64,000 nucleotides of DNA, taken from contig JAUFOQ010000004.1 in the NCBI GenBank assembly GCA_040285855.1, positions 2,480,001 through 2,544,000 of the forward strand. Reading direction: 5' to 3'. This DNA is from Eukaryota sp. GEM-RC1 (taxonomy: Eukaryota). Shown here piece after piece: positions 48,490 to 60,799 of this stretch (positions are counted from its first letter, which is position 1; each line of letters opens with the position of its first letter). The translations under genes were made by a program, and so were the position numbers. Below the pieces are notes generated by a model that ran no database searches, was not told where the DNA came from, and saw only the letters and a program-made list of their open reading frames with translations.

Positions 48490-50816
48490 GTGTTAACACG
48501 CCATTCCTTCAATTTTCTTCAGATCTTTCTTTCTCATGTCAACACCTAATTCTGCCTGTCATGGAAGAACTGCTGGCCATGGAAAAATTAAAAAAAGAAA
48601 TGGTTGAAGACTCAAATACTAAGCACAAAGAGACTGTTCTGTTATCACAAATTGGTAGCAATCAAATTGATTATTCTAAACTTTTGACCAATATTTTGTC
48701 TGTTTTAGAGGAGGAGACAGCAGATTTAAATTCTGAAGGTATTTCTATGAAAGGTAGATTTAGTTCTATTCCTCCTACTGCCTCGTACTCGAAGGAAAAA
48801 GTTAATGAGTATTTTCAAGAATACTATCGTTCTACAATGGCAGCCACTGATGACTCTGGAACTCCAGGAAATCTTTACTTGCCAGCTATGGGTAGAATTT
48901 CGAAGTACAGTGTTGTTGAGTACATTAGTAATTTTGAAGTCAATATTAAAGAACACTGGGTGAAGTACGTGATTAAATTGACTAATTGCTACTTCCAACG
49001 TCACAGTGTAACTAAAAACTCAAACTCAAAATTAAAAAGAATATCGAAAAATTAAGAAACACAAAAAAAATTGAGATATTTCATTGTTTTCTCAAAGAGG
49101 TGACTAATTCAATGTGCCACAGCAAGTACCCTAAATACGACCTCTTAAACGTATTTAATCTTCTTTTGAAAAATTCAAAGAGCATTCGGTACTTATTCGT
49201 GAATTGCAATTTGAACTACTCCCCAAACTGTTGACGCTCTATGAAAAAATGCATCTATTTATTCCTGAAACACACGGATTAAAGAGTACATCGTATCTGT
49301 GTAAGAAATATCCACAAAATTATGTATTTTATTCAATGTCTCTTATGCACGGGGTGGAATTGCTGACGTCAGAAGTCACTCAAATGTCATCTCATGACTT
49401 TGATGCAGCAGATGGAAAACCAGAAGATATGAAGTGCTTTAAACCTTCCATTTACAGAGTCTTTCCTCTGAAAACCTCTGAAACTACTGGTCATATCTTT
49501 ATTGACACAGGTGCTCTCTATCGGATTCTTATTCCCAAGGACGGCAGGTTTCCTTCGAATAGTGAGGCAACACTACATGGAAATCTCGAAAAGTACCAAC
49601 ATCAGTACTGGAGTTGGTTCTTTAGAACCTCAAAGAAAGCTTTCCGTCAACAGGGCTATTCATTTAACCATTCAATTCGCACCAATGGAATTAGCGTTTC
49701 TCTAAGTTTAATAAGAAACGATTTAATTGGAAGAAAGCGTCTGCCCAGTAGAAATCTGGTAGACAAAGATCTTTATATCACAGATGTACCAGTAGAATTA
49801 CTGAAGGGTTCCTCTATCGTCTGTGGTGACCCCGGGGTAAGAGATCAGTTGATGATGGGAGCAAGAAGAAAATACGGCCCGCCAAAAATTCAAAACCCAA
49901 AGAACCCTCTTATACTAAGCTAGAGTGGGAGGAGTGGCGAAATGACAATGGAAAGAGTGGTAACAGTGGCTACCATAAACGTCTGAACAATGAAAGACGA
50001 CGTAAAGCCAAAGGTAGAGCCGCAAGTTACCGCACAACCATCTTGGAACCGCCAAAAGATCCTCCACCTGAGAAACCAGGAATAAAGAAGGAGCTCAAGA
50101 AGTTCCATTTTAAAAGATTAACTGCTCCTCAAAGAAAAAGAGAGACTCTCAGCAAAGATCAGCAGAAGTTCACCAGAGAAAGTAAGAAATCATGGATCAT
50201 TGGAGGAAAAACTAATGAAGAGTGGGAACAACAACTAAGTAAACACTCTAGTAAAGTCCTTGATCATGATGATTTCTTGGCATATTGTAAAGCTAAGAAT
50301 GAACTCTCTCTGAACATGGGTTCGTACTATCAATCAGACGATCTAAGGATAATTAAGCTCAAGAGGTATATGGCCAATGAAAGCTTTGAAAAGATGGATT
50401 GATGAGTTCAAAGAGAAGTTTGGAGGTCCAGAAAGTACAGTGATAGTGATGGGAGATTGGAAGCAGACTATGTTCAAGAATCAAGCACCAACAAAGAATG
50501 TTGGTCACAGGGCAATGTTCAAAAACATCACTATCGGGTACTGCTGATCGATGAATATAGAACAAGCGCTCGATGCCATAAATGTGTGCTTGAAAATCAA
50601 CACGGTATGAATGAAAAGAAACACCGTGTTCAAAATCCCAGACCTTACAGAAGAGCAAAAACACCAACGGTTTTAAGACATGGATTACTCACTTGCAAAA
50701 AGTGTGGATGTCTTTGGAACCGGAACGTTAACGCTGTGTTAAACATGATTCATATTGTAGATGAACATGTTAGAGGAAATGGTAGACCACAAGTTTTGAA
50801 AACAACTTCTACATAA
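48490..50816 (+). CDS. Fanzor (TnpB-family RuvC RNA-guided nuclease), Fanzor1-like; about 750 aa from ATG 48561 after correcting 5 frameshifts
   Basis: NIKEHW..YV; RVFPL...HIFIDT; WSWFFRT; YSFNHSIRTNGISVS; RuvC-I GDPG (49828); RuvC-II VMGDW + IDEYRTS; CHKC...HGLLTCKKC zinc ribbon; WNRNVNAVLNM; GRP tail. Confidence 0.9.
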
Positions 50817-50829
50817 TTCTCTCTCCCTC

Positions 50830-50884
50830 CAGTGATCTAACCGGGTCACTATTATTTGACATCCGTAAGCTATTAGCTGATGTC
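50830..50884 (+). ncRNA. 55-nt two-hairpin element directly 3' of Fanzor (candidate omega-RNA scaffold), overlapping the VPS18 ATG
   Basis: Stems AGTGATC/GGTCACT and GACATC/GATGTC with inner AGCT-ATT-AGCT; second copy at 40426-40480. Confidence 0.5.
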
Positions 50885-53728
50885 CTCGCCTATTTCTGAC
50901 TCTCTTCTCTCTATCACCGATATATCAGACCGCCTTGATGGGAATGACCTTTGTGCCGCAGCAGTTGGTGGTGGAGTTCTTGTATTTGCTAGAAGTGATG
51001 GTGTTGTTGTTACTTATGACCCTGTCAACATGATATCTTTGTCTTGGGAAGTTGTCAAACGTTCTCACTCCCGTGAGTCCTCCTTCTCTATAAAACACAT
51101 CTTTGTTGATCCTACTGGGCGTCACGTTCTTGTATCTACTTCTCCTCCACACCTTTTCTATATCTACAACCCCTCTCATACTGAAACTGCTCGTAAAACA
51201 TCTCCTCTAAAGTTCAAAACCAACAACAACTTCATCTCTTCCGTAGGTTGGTCCTATGATGACGTCACCCACAAAACTCTCACTTCTAATATCCTACTTG
51301 GAACAAACGATGGGAAGTTGTTTGAAATGTCTATTGAAGGATCAGCAGTTAAATGTAAAGAACTTCTCTATCTCTTTGATGATAAACCTTGTATATCTGG
51401 AATCACTATGAGATTCTTTGATGCTAACGGCCACGTCTCCCTGTTTGTAGTAGTTGCCACCCTAACTCGCCTCTATGAATTCGCTGGTTTTCAAAACCAA
51501 TCACGAACAAATCCGTCATTTTCTTCTATTTTCAAAGATTCAAAAGGAAGTGGACCGCGTTTTAATGAGCTGCCTTACTCACATGACGTGATCAAATCAG
51601 AATTGTTCATCAAAAGACCAATCACTGATGAGCCCAATCAACCATGGAAACTTGCCTGGATCACGAGTGTTGGTATGTTCATTGCTTCTCTGTCGTTGTT
51701 GACTCCCACATCTGATTCTATGGTGGTCGACAATCAGCTGATCCCTTTCCCAAATGAGGAAGTTCCTAATTCAGTGATTATTACAGATCATCACTTGCTA
51801 TTCTGCTACTCTCAGTCAGTTTCTGCTTTATCATTAGTTTCTGAAAAGATAATAGCAACCTTTACTGTAGACACTCTTGGAAACAACTTAGATTTCATTG
51901 TAGGTTTCGCTGGTGTTTGTCCAGAAGGAATCTTCATCTATGGACCACGACGAATCTATCAAGCTAACTTTAGCCAAGAAGACAGAGATGTTTGGAGGTG
52001 GTATTGTGATAAGAAGGAGTTCCAGACTGCTCTAGAGTACACGTTAACAGAAGATCAAAAAGATCACGTGATGGTCTTGGAAGGTCAGAACTTTTTTGAG
52101 CTAGGTCAATATGACAAGGCTGCTAGACGGTGGGCGAGAACAACTAAACCTATTGAGGAAGTTTCCGTTCTCTTCATTGAGAGTGCCTCACAAGATGCCC
52201 TACTAGAGTTTCTTGTTGAGAGACTTTCCTTTTAGTGAGGAGCTCAGGGGGTGAGTTTGATGTTCAAGTGTCAATGCTATCACTATGGGTGGTTGACGTT
52301 TACTTGAGAAGAATGTCCGAAGTGACTGACACAGACTTGGAAGATTTATCTTTTGAGTTTAAAGAGTTTTTAAAAGAAAACAAGGATATATTACACAAAA
52401 AGACCACGTTTAGATTGATCTCTTCTCACGGTAGAGTTGATGAACTTGTTTACTTTGCTAACTTAGTTGAGGATTACAAACAAGTAGTTGACTTGCTACT
52501 TCAGGAGGGAAGATACGAGGAAGCGTTGGATACCATCACTGCTACTAGGAAAATTGAATATTTGTACAAATATTCAGCGATTCTTATGCGGGAAATTCCG
52601 TCGTTAGTAATCAAAACTTGGTACTCCTTGCCTAATCTGGATCCTACTAAACTGATCCCTTCATTACTTTTGATTAGCTCTGATGAATCAACCACATTGC
52701 TGACGTCAGCAGTGCTATATTTAGAAACTCAAATACGTGATGATTTTGGCAAGATTGTACCTGCTATTGTTAACCTACTACTTTCCTTTTACGCTGAGCT
52801 TGATGACAATCAACGATTAATCGCTTTCCTTTCTGACTCTGATATCTCCTCTGCAGTTGATCTCCAATATGCTCTCAGAATATGTTCTTCTCGAAGTAAG
52901 TTAGAAGCTAGTGTCAGAGTCTACTCAGTTCTAGGTCTTTATGAGGAAGCTGTCACGTTGGCACTTCAATCAAATGACGTGACACTTGCCCAAGAGAATG
53001 CTAATATGGGTGGTGCTAATGATCCTGAATTGAAGAAGAAACTCTGGTTAAAGATTGCAAAAACTGTGATTGCGTCTAATCATGGCAATGTTTCAAAAAT
53101 TATTGATTTTTTGAAAGCTTCTGAATGTTTAAGAATTGAAGATATTCTTCCATATTTAGATACTTTGACTAACATTGGAGCTTTAAAGGACGAGCTTTTG
53201 ACGAGTTTAAAGGAATATGCGATAGAAATAGAAGATTTAAATATTTCAATGGATAAAAGTACGAAATCGGCAGACTTAACGCGGAAGTCGTTAAAAGAGC
53301 TCAAAAACAGATCAATTGAAGTGTCTGCTGCTGATACTTGCCTATTTTGTAATGTCGCTGCTCTTCACCGCCCGTTTTATGTCTTTCCCTGCGCTCACAA
53401 GTATCACGAGGACTGCTTGCTGAAGGTTCTCTCTAGTAAGTTAACACCACTGACATTAAGCACTCTAAGGAATATTGGAGAGGAAATGAGCAACTTGACT
53501 TCTACTATTACTGATCTTGAGTGCACTCAACTGCCATCAGAAGACGTATTAACAAGTATTCAGAAATTACGAGATCAAAAGCTTGCTCTTTCTTCAAAGT
53601 ATGATGCTTTGCTGGCAGCGGAGTGTCCTTGCTGTGGTGACGTGGCGATCTCAGCTATTGACGAGAAGTTCCATGTTGATCACGATAAATGGACAATTGA
53701 TGTTGAACGTGGATTTCGAAGATTGTAA
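50880..53728 (+). CDS. VPS18: Vps18/Pep3 (HOPS/CORVET subunit); one apparent T deletion at about 52232
   Basis: IFVDPTGRH; ILLGTNDG; EDRDVWR.Y; LISSHGR; DLQYALRIC; KKLWLKIAK; LRIEDILPY; FYVFPCAHKYHEDCL; AAECPCCG. Confidence 0.95.
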
Positions 53729-53809
53729 GTTGTTTGCTTTATTTATTTTGTGTATTTTTTAAATGTTTATTCACGATAAACATCTATGGTGTAGATTTTT
53801 TAAAACTAG

Positions 53810-55035
53810 TTTATTATTTTTTAAAAAAGCAGTCATTGGTTTCTTTGAATTTGTTAATCGATTTCCTAATGATATTTCACTTATTAACCCCAATTCATGT
53901 AAATATTTATTTGACTTAAACGAAGCGTTAATCAAATTACCTTTTGACGTTTGGTCTCAATGTTCCCCAGAATATGTAAATATTAATTTATAACATATAA
54001 CCAAAGTAGAGTAAATACCTGAAAGATCTTTGACTAATCTTCAGTTCTGTCTGAAAAAATTACAACAGAAACTCACAAATATTTTTGAAAAACTTGGATT
54101 ATAATGTTCGACTTGGCGTGGCCAAGGAAGAAAACCGCGATTGGCAAATTTCTTGACGGATGTTTCTAATAGCTCTGCTTCATGTCTGATTACTCAAATC
54201 CCTCAAGTTTACGGTCTTCTTCTTGATGATAACTCTTGGTCATTAAACATGCGTTTACGGTCATATATTTGACCTGATAACCTTCCACATAATTTGAAAT
54301 GCCAATGTGGGCAATCTGTAACACCTACACATTTATTGAATTGTAACCGTTTTATTTCTTTTAGAAGTAAGGTTCATGATTCAGTAAGGGATCAATTATA
54401 TTGTATGTGTAAATCTTATGGAATAGTTTCCTTTTTAGAACCAGTTCTGGCTGGTTTGTTAGATGATACAGATGTCGACAAATCGTTTGGAAATAGCCGT
54501 GGTGATGTCATATTTCCTGGTCTCGATGGATCTTTCATTATTGCTGATGTTATGTCTATCGATGTTTGTAATGATTCCAACAAGAAACATGTTAAATCTA
54601 AGGCTAAAATCCCTCTGTTGATTGGTGAATAATTTAAAAAAAGAAAAAATATTGTGCTAAATTGAAATTATTGAATTCGGCTTCACACTCGAATTACTTG
54701 TTGTACCCTTTTGTATTTTCACTGTACGGTTCATTAGGTGAATCTGCAACATCATTACTTGAAATTTTTGTCAAGATTGTAAAAGAAAAAACATCTAGGA
54801 CTTTTGATCTTAGATTTTGGAAAAATCGAATCGTGTTTGCTATCTTTAAAGGTATGGTCACTTATGTATCTAGCGCTTTATTATCTCTTGGCAGACATTA
54901 TGAAGATAAGGTACTAGTAGGTGAAAATTTCCAGTTAGGCAATCTGGACTTTGAGGATATTGATTATTAGATGTATGTACACTGTAGTGTTATTGTCTAT
55001 TACATTTAGAATAAATAATTCGTTATAAAAAAAAA
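53810..55035 (+). mobile_element. CRE-like family A, 5'-truncated copy with A-run end
   Basis: ORFs 53763..53993, 54294..54632 and 54662..54970 ending LDFEDIDY*. Confidence 0.85.
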
Positions 55036-56197
55036 GTCATTGGTTGTTCATAATTGTAAATTTGTCACATAGTTGGAGAATTGTCCAAAAGATTCGTGGA
55101 TTGTAGTTTCTTTGAATTTCCCTTGACTACCAGACGATTGTTACTAAATCTAGTGCATTGGAATAGGAAAACCTGATGACAAAAATGTACTCTACTACTA
55201 GGAATGTCTTATTAAAAAAACAAATTAATTAACTGAACTGAAAGAATTTGCAGTTCAGCACGAGGTTATTACTGCATAAATTCAACCCCATTGTCATTTT
55301 TAGGACCTTTCACAAAAATACCAGTGACAACATTTTTATTTTTCAAAACTACCATACCCATATCAAATATACCAGTGAAGAATCAACCTTCCTTCTAAGC
55401 TTCTTTTTTAATGAGTTGTGCTGCTATATCTTAGATAATAAACTACAAGTCATACACACTACGATGCATTTTCTTCTTCGAGGCTTCGACTTCACGTTTT
55501 ACATCCGGAGGACTTAAAGGAGTAGCATAGGTTGTCCAAACCCTTTTATCTCGAGGAGGAACTACCCCATCCTCATAAATCTTACTCTGAGTGTTTCTTG
55601 CTCTACTTTCTCCAAGGGCTTTGAGTTAACTGACATTAAAGCCATACATTCATGAATACAGGAAATGTCTTCTATTTGCCATCTTCCGCAGTCACAATGT
55701 TGTTGATCCAAATCGACAATATACTAGTAGATCCTTTGTGGTTCATCGGTTACTTCAATAAATCTCCCATTGTTATAAACTGTCATCATCCTAGCTTTGG
55801 CAATTTTTCCCTCCATTGTCTGCAGGACTGCAGTGCAGAGCAAGAGTGTTTGACTAGTGTAAAAATGTATCAATTATCGTCTTGTCTTCGATGGCTGTTT
55901 AATGAAAAGGCGCAACCTGTCATTGTACAGCAGATCAGAAGCCCTGTGGTATCAGAGTGAGTAGTTTTTACATCGCGCTATGTTTGAATGGATTCATGAT
56001 AAAGAGGTAATAGAAGATCATGTTTATTGTCATTCACACACGATCCAAAGTAGGAGAGACATGAAGATGCACTTCCCCGTTGATAAGCATCACTGGTAGT
56101 TTTGATGAACCAGGGTATAAGTGTAATTCTGAATTTTCGTTGACTGGTATTTCTGTAATAATCCCTCATTTTTATTGAGTTGAGGGAACTCGTTCAA

Positions 56198-57276
56198 ATG
56201 TCTTTCCAAACAATTCTCTCTAATGCACTTGCATCTGTTGCTTCTGGTGAATCTAGATGTGTACTATGTACTCCATTAAAGATAGTTGGCTCAGTACCAA
56301 CACCTAACAACTCCTGCATGGTTGTTAGTTTTTCACCCTCAAAAGGCTTCAACAATTACGGTACAATTGGTGGTGGATCTATGGAACTACAAGCGACACA
56401 AATAGCTCATCAAATACTCTCTATAACCGATTCTTCTCCAACAATACTAAGGTTCCACTATGATTGCTTAAACGCATCTGAGGCTCAACCTATCTGTGGT
56501 GGTAACGTCTCTATTCTCATTGAAGAAATCCCTCCCAAATCAGCAGAGCAATGGCTTTCAGTTACTCCTTCGTATTACGAAGTTCTTTCTTTCACCAACA
56601 ATCTGTCAGAGATCTTATCTCATCCTTCAACTTCCACTTTTCCTATCTCTCTTTCTAGAACCTTTCTTACTCCAGGAGATTCCTCTCAGCATCTCTCCTC
56701 TGATGACGTCATCTCCCTCTTCTCTTCTCCTTCTAGTCTTTCTTCTCTCTCTTCCACCCTCCTTGATTCCAATGTCCTACTAATTCCCCACTTCCCTGAG
56801 CCCACCATTTGTGTATTTGGGGAGGACATTGTTGTAAGGCCCTTTCTAGTATGGCTCCCACTGCGGGATTTAAAGTGAAAGTGTTTGATGATCGGAAGTT
56901 TATTGTTGACTCGTATAGTGACGGAACAAGTGCAATTCTAGTTGATTATAGCAATATTTTAAATATTTTGACGGATTTGGAAGGTTGTTTCATAGTGATT
57001 ATGACGCAAGGTCATTTATTTGATTTGACCGTTCTCAAACAGGTTTTGGAAAGTGCAGTCAAATTCCAATATATTGGAATGATTGGTTCAAAAAGGAAGG
57101 TCAAATTAGTTATGAGCGATCTTAAAAGTCAAGGGATTTCACAAGATCTTTTAGACCGTGTTTGTGCACCTATTGGTTTGCCTATAGGTGGTGACAGTGC
57201 AGGACATGTTGCTATTTCGGTATTAGCAGAAATTATTCAAAAAATGACTGGTGGAAAAAGAAAATGTCCTGTTTAG
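56198..57276 (+). CDS. xdhC: XdhC/CoxI xanthine dehydrogenase accessory (molybdenum cofactor chaperone); one G deletion at about 56820
   Basis: GSVP...M.V...GTIGGGSME; ICGGNV.ILIE; VFGGGH; DDR; VIMTQGH..D; YIGMIGSKRK; APIGLPIGG...VAISVLAEII. Confidence 0.9.
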
Positions 57277-57301
57277 GATGATAATTACTTTTTTTTGGAA
57301 T

Positions 57302-59376
57302 TTATAATACAGATTTCAATAAATAATACATATTCATTATTCTTTGAGCATATTTCGAACTATTCGATATTTCTGACCAAGTATCATTTGAAATATCACA
57401 GAAATTCTTGACAAAGAATATTAAATTTCTAAACCATTCTTTTTCTGTTAATTCTTCCAATGTCAATGGTTTTGCTACTTCGTCAATGGAATTACTGTTC
57501 AAAGAGCAACAATAGTCCGTTTCCATGACGTGCCAAGATCGTTCTTTGGGGTTAATAACTGTCTCAATCAGAGGTTCAGGTTCCTCTACTTCTTTTGCTA
57601 TTTTGGATCGGGAAGGTGATGACGTTCTTGATTTAGATCGTGATTTTGACCTTGATTGACCCCGACTGCCACTTCTAGAAGGAGTTTTTGAAGGACTCTT
57701 GTCTGATTTTTTACCTTTTTTAGATTTCTTTTTGGTGAATCATCCACAACTTCTGCTACTATTGGTTGAAACGACATTTCCTCAGGTAAATTACTAGGAT
57801 GAAACGAATTTCCAACCTTAACAACTGACATATCAGGAGAACAATCAGGAGAATTAAACTTAGACTTTGCAAGGGAAACAAAGAAAGACGATAGAGCTAA
57901 TTGGAATAGAAAAGTATCTGAAAAAGTTGGTGGTTTATCAGGTAATAGGAAATTAGGGATCAACTTTCCTTTTCTGATGGCGGTCAAAAGAACGTGATTG
58001 GTTCAAGACAATCGTGACTTTCCTCAAAGCATATTCCCTCGGTGGAAACGATAGCAGAAGTGAAGCCATCACCACCATAATCAAGAGACAAATGAGACGA
58101 TAGTTGACTTTCAGAAGGGGAAAGTGTCCAATCAATCAAAGAAACATCGACTTTTTTCATCACACAAAATGATCCAATCTGAGTAGAAGTAAACCTAATC
58201 ACCCCGTGCTCGTCATCAATCACGTGATCGGTGACGTGATCATCAACCCATTGATTAGTTTCAGGGTCAAAAAAGCCAATCACGATACCTTCCCGCTCAA
58301 CACCTTCCTCTAACGGTATTTGATACTGCAATTCAGGCAAGTCTCTAATCGATGACGTCATCTTTTGATTGGATAACGTGGGCGGAGGATATTCTCTAAT
58401 CACTGGAGATGAGAAATGCTCAGTCTGTTGTTGGCAAACCCAGTCCCCGGTATTGACAGCGACAGGTGGAAGAAACAAGAGATTGAAGGAGTATATTTTA
58501 GAGAGTCTTGAGAACCACGAGTTCTTAATGTTGGCTACTTCCAGAAAAGGAAAGTTATCACGTGTGATTGAGTGGTGATTGAAGTCGAAAACACGACACA
58601 GAACACCGAAACGTTCAAAAGGCAATGACTTTGCTACTCCAGACTTAGGAATTTCTATAAAACAATCAAGTTTATCAAAGGTAACACCTTCAATTCTTGA
58701 AGCATTACCAAGGTTTAACCAAAGACCTAGAGATATGGGAGTTGAAGTGAATTGGTGAAGGACGTGTGAAGACTCGGGGGTTGAAGAGAGAACAGAGGGA
58801 GAGGTAGTGAGATCAGTAACGATTTGGTTAGTCTTAGTAAGGATAAGGGAGATGAGGTCGTGGGAGAGGGAGAGGAAAGTAGAAGGAGAGGTGGAGTTAA
58901 GGATTTGTTGGATTGCTCTGGTTTGAAGGTTGGAGCAGAGGGAAGCGGCAAAGTCAGCACTGGAGATGATAGAGTCATGAGAGGATTCGAAAGATGATTC
59001 TGACCATAGGCTAATGAAAGAGTTGATCTCTTGATGACCCATTGAGGATATTTTCAGCTCAGTGTCAATAGGATTCTTGACAAATTTAAAATACTGTTGC
59101 TGGTACTGTTCTTTAAGTTGAGATTGTAAGGTGTTGTTACATGATTCGGATAAAAAGGAGAGATGTTTAGATTGAGAAGAGAACTCATCAGACAAGGACT
59201 CAAGACGGGTGGAAATGTATTCTTGTTTAAGACGAAGCTCTTCATCAGCTTTGCGTTGAGCTTCAGCCAATGCCTCAAGACGTAGTCGTTCCTCTTCCTC
59301 CTGTCGTTGTTGTTCAAGAGCAGCTTTTTCTTCAGGTGAAAGTGACTTTTTCTTTGACTTTTTTTTTGGGGGGCAT
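57302..59376 (-). CDS. DNAI7: CASC1/DNAI7 (IC97)-like axonemal dynein subunit; several apparent frameshifts
   Basis: MPPKKK start, E/R-rich coil, QEINSFISLW, GLWLN, FFDPETNQW...IRFTS..IGSF...DWTLSP. Confidence 0.65.
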
Positions 59377-59423
59377 TAACTGAAAAGAATGAACAGAACA
59401 ATCTGATAATTTTCTCTTCTTTC

Positions 59424-59855
59424 ATGAATCGAATTGTTCGAAAAAACCTTACACCTCCTCAAGGTTTTGAATTGATTCAACAACATGTTCTTGAACTTCA
59501 GCAACAAATGCGAGATGCAGAATGTCAACCACACGAAGGTCGTAGAAAGTGCGAAAGCCTGTGGCCTGTACATAAACTTAACTACACCCGCACACGTTAT
59601 GTTTGGAACGAATATAAATCTAAAAACATATCCCGGGCCGTTGTTGACTATTGTATTTCACAGGGTCTCATTGATGGTTCCCTGTTCTCGAAATGGAAGA
59701 AAGATGGATATAACCAGCTCTGTTGTATACAATGTGTTTCAAACTCTAGTCATAACTTCGGTACAACCTGTATTTGTCGAGTACCTGTTAAGGATCGTGG
59801 AGACGATAAGCCCATCCAATGTACACACTGTGGATGTTCTGGTTGTTCAGGTTAG
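59424..59855 (+). CDS. BUD31: BUD31/G10 splicing factor
   Basis: PPQGFELI; HEGRRKCESLWP; KWKKDGY..LCCIQC; FGTTCICRVP; CTHCGCSGCSG. Confidence 0.97.
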   Translation: MNRIVRKNLTPPQGFELIQQHVLELQQQMRDAECQPHEGRRKCESLWPVHKLNYTRTRYVWNEYKSKNISRAVVDYCISQGLIDGSLFSKWKKDGYNQLCCIQCVSNSSHNFGTTCICRVPVKDRGDDKPIQCTHCGCSGCSG

Positions 59856-60012
59856 TTTAATTAATAAATGCACCACAATCTGTGCACCATGGATGTACAT
59901 GTAGTTTTTTCGGATATCTGGAATGAATATTGAACAGAATATTACTTGAGATCCGTCGTTGACAAACTGGAGTATGAATGTAGAGTCAGGAGGTGTCACG
60001 ATAACAACATTA

Positions 60013-60251
60013 TTTGATTGATATGATGACGTGCTGGAACTTCAAATTTGGTGTTGTCCATTTGTTCTTTGGTAAAATTAACTTCATGTTAATAGGTCCT
60101 TTTACGGTCAAGGAGTTGACTAACTCATGAGATCTTCTTAACATAATGTTTAAGGCCAGAAAGCAGGAAAACAAGCTCAGCGAATACTATGTTCCGTTGA
60201 CGTCGCATTCCCATACATATCTTCTTTCAACAATTGTCGGCCGCAGTCACC
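60013..60251 (+). repeat. About 240-bp dispersed repeat (second copy 62300-62538), origin unknown
   Basis: Near-identical copies. Confidence 0.9.
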
Positions 60252-60799
60252 TCCACATCATCCAAATCAGATCGCCACTAAATTGAACCCCGTTCCCACC
60301 AAAATACTGGAGATCCTTCCTCCAACGACGACTTGCACTTCTTGTTCCGAAGGATTTCGGTGCATCAGTTCAGAACGCCGTTCGTTTGTGAATCCAAATA
60401 GTACTTACCTCTTTCTTTTAAAGCCTCCTATAACACAGCTTTTATCAGTCCGAGTTGGGACACTTAGCTGAAGGGGATCTGATTTGGTGCGTGTTTATGT
60501 TCACAGTTAATGACTGATTGATGAAATGTGCAAAGCCACAGTATTAATGCATCTTAGGGTGTCAACTAGCAGACTTTTTTAGTAAAGGGGTGCCGAAGTC
60601 TCCAAGCTATCTGGAATACTCAAACGCAAATGTCCTGTACAAAGAACTTTGTCTTTGACCGATATTTATTCAGTGAGTGTGGATTTCTTCATTTTGGTTT
60701 TTTCTCTAGAATCTTATTGTTGATTCAACACCTAAATTCGTGTTTTTAAAGTTCAGCTATTTTTGAACAAATTCTATGAACAGTGATCCTAAGTAACCC

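Noticed and set aside
50830..50900. Spliced-leader RNA, iron-responsive element or snoRNA reading of the 55-nt element
   Set aside because: GTAAG is present but no Sm-like site is shared by both copies; CAGTG lies in a stem rather than a loop; there are no proper C/D or H/ACA boxes. Not formally excluded.
52230..52240. Stop-codon reassignment or readthrough (TAG TGA in VPS18; TAG at 3319 in family B)
   Set aside because: VPS18 continues in another frame. TAA, TAG and TGA all terminate intact genes, and TE stops are consistent with decay.
55500..56170. Coding-like stretches at 55500-56170, 36700-37450, 39790-40040 and 60250-60480
   Set aside because: Multiple stops and no recognisable motif; a call cannot be supported.
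16260..59376. Frequent frameshifts in conserved genes (WDR81, RNase Z, SPF30, HEI10, VPS18, XdhC, CASC1) as programmed frameshifting or RNA editing
   Set aside because: Nearly all are fixed by adding a base at a short homopolymer of any nucleotide (ACTTT, GGGG, CAAAAG, CTTTTAG), with no shared slippery or stop motif. This is typical of uncorrected long-read consensus; short reads would settle it.
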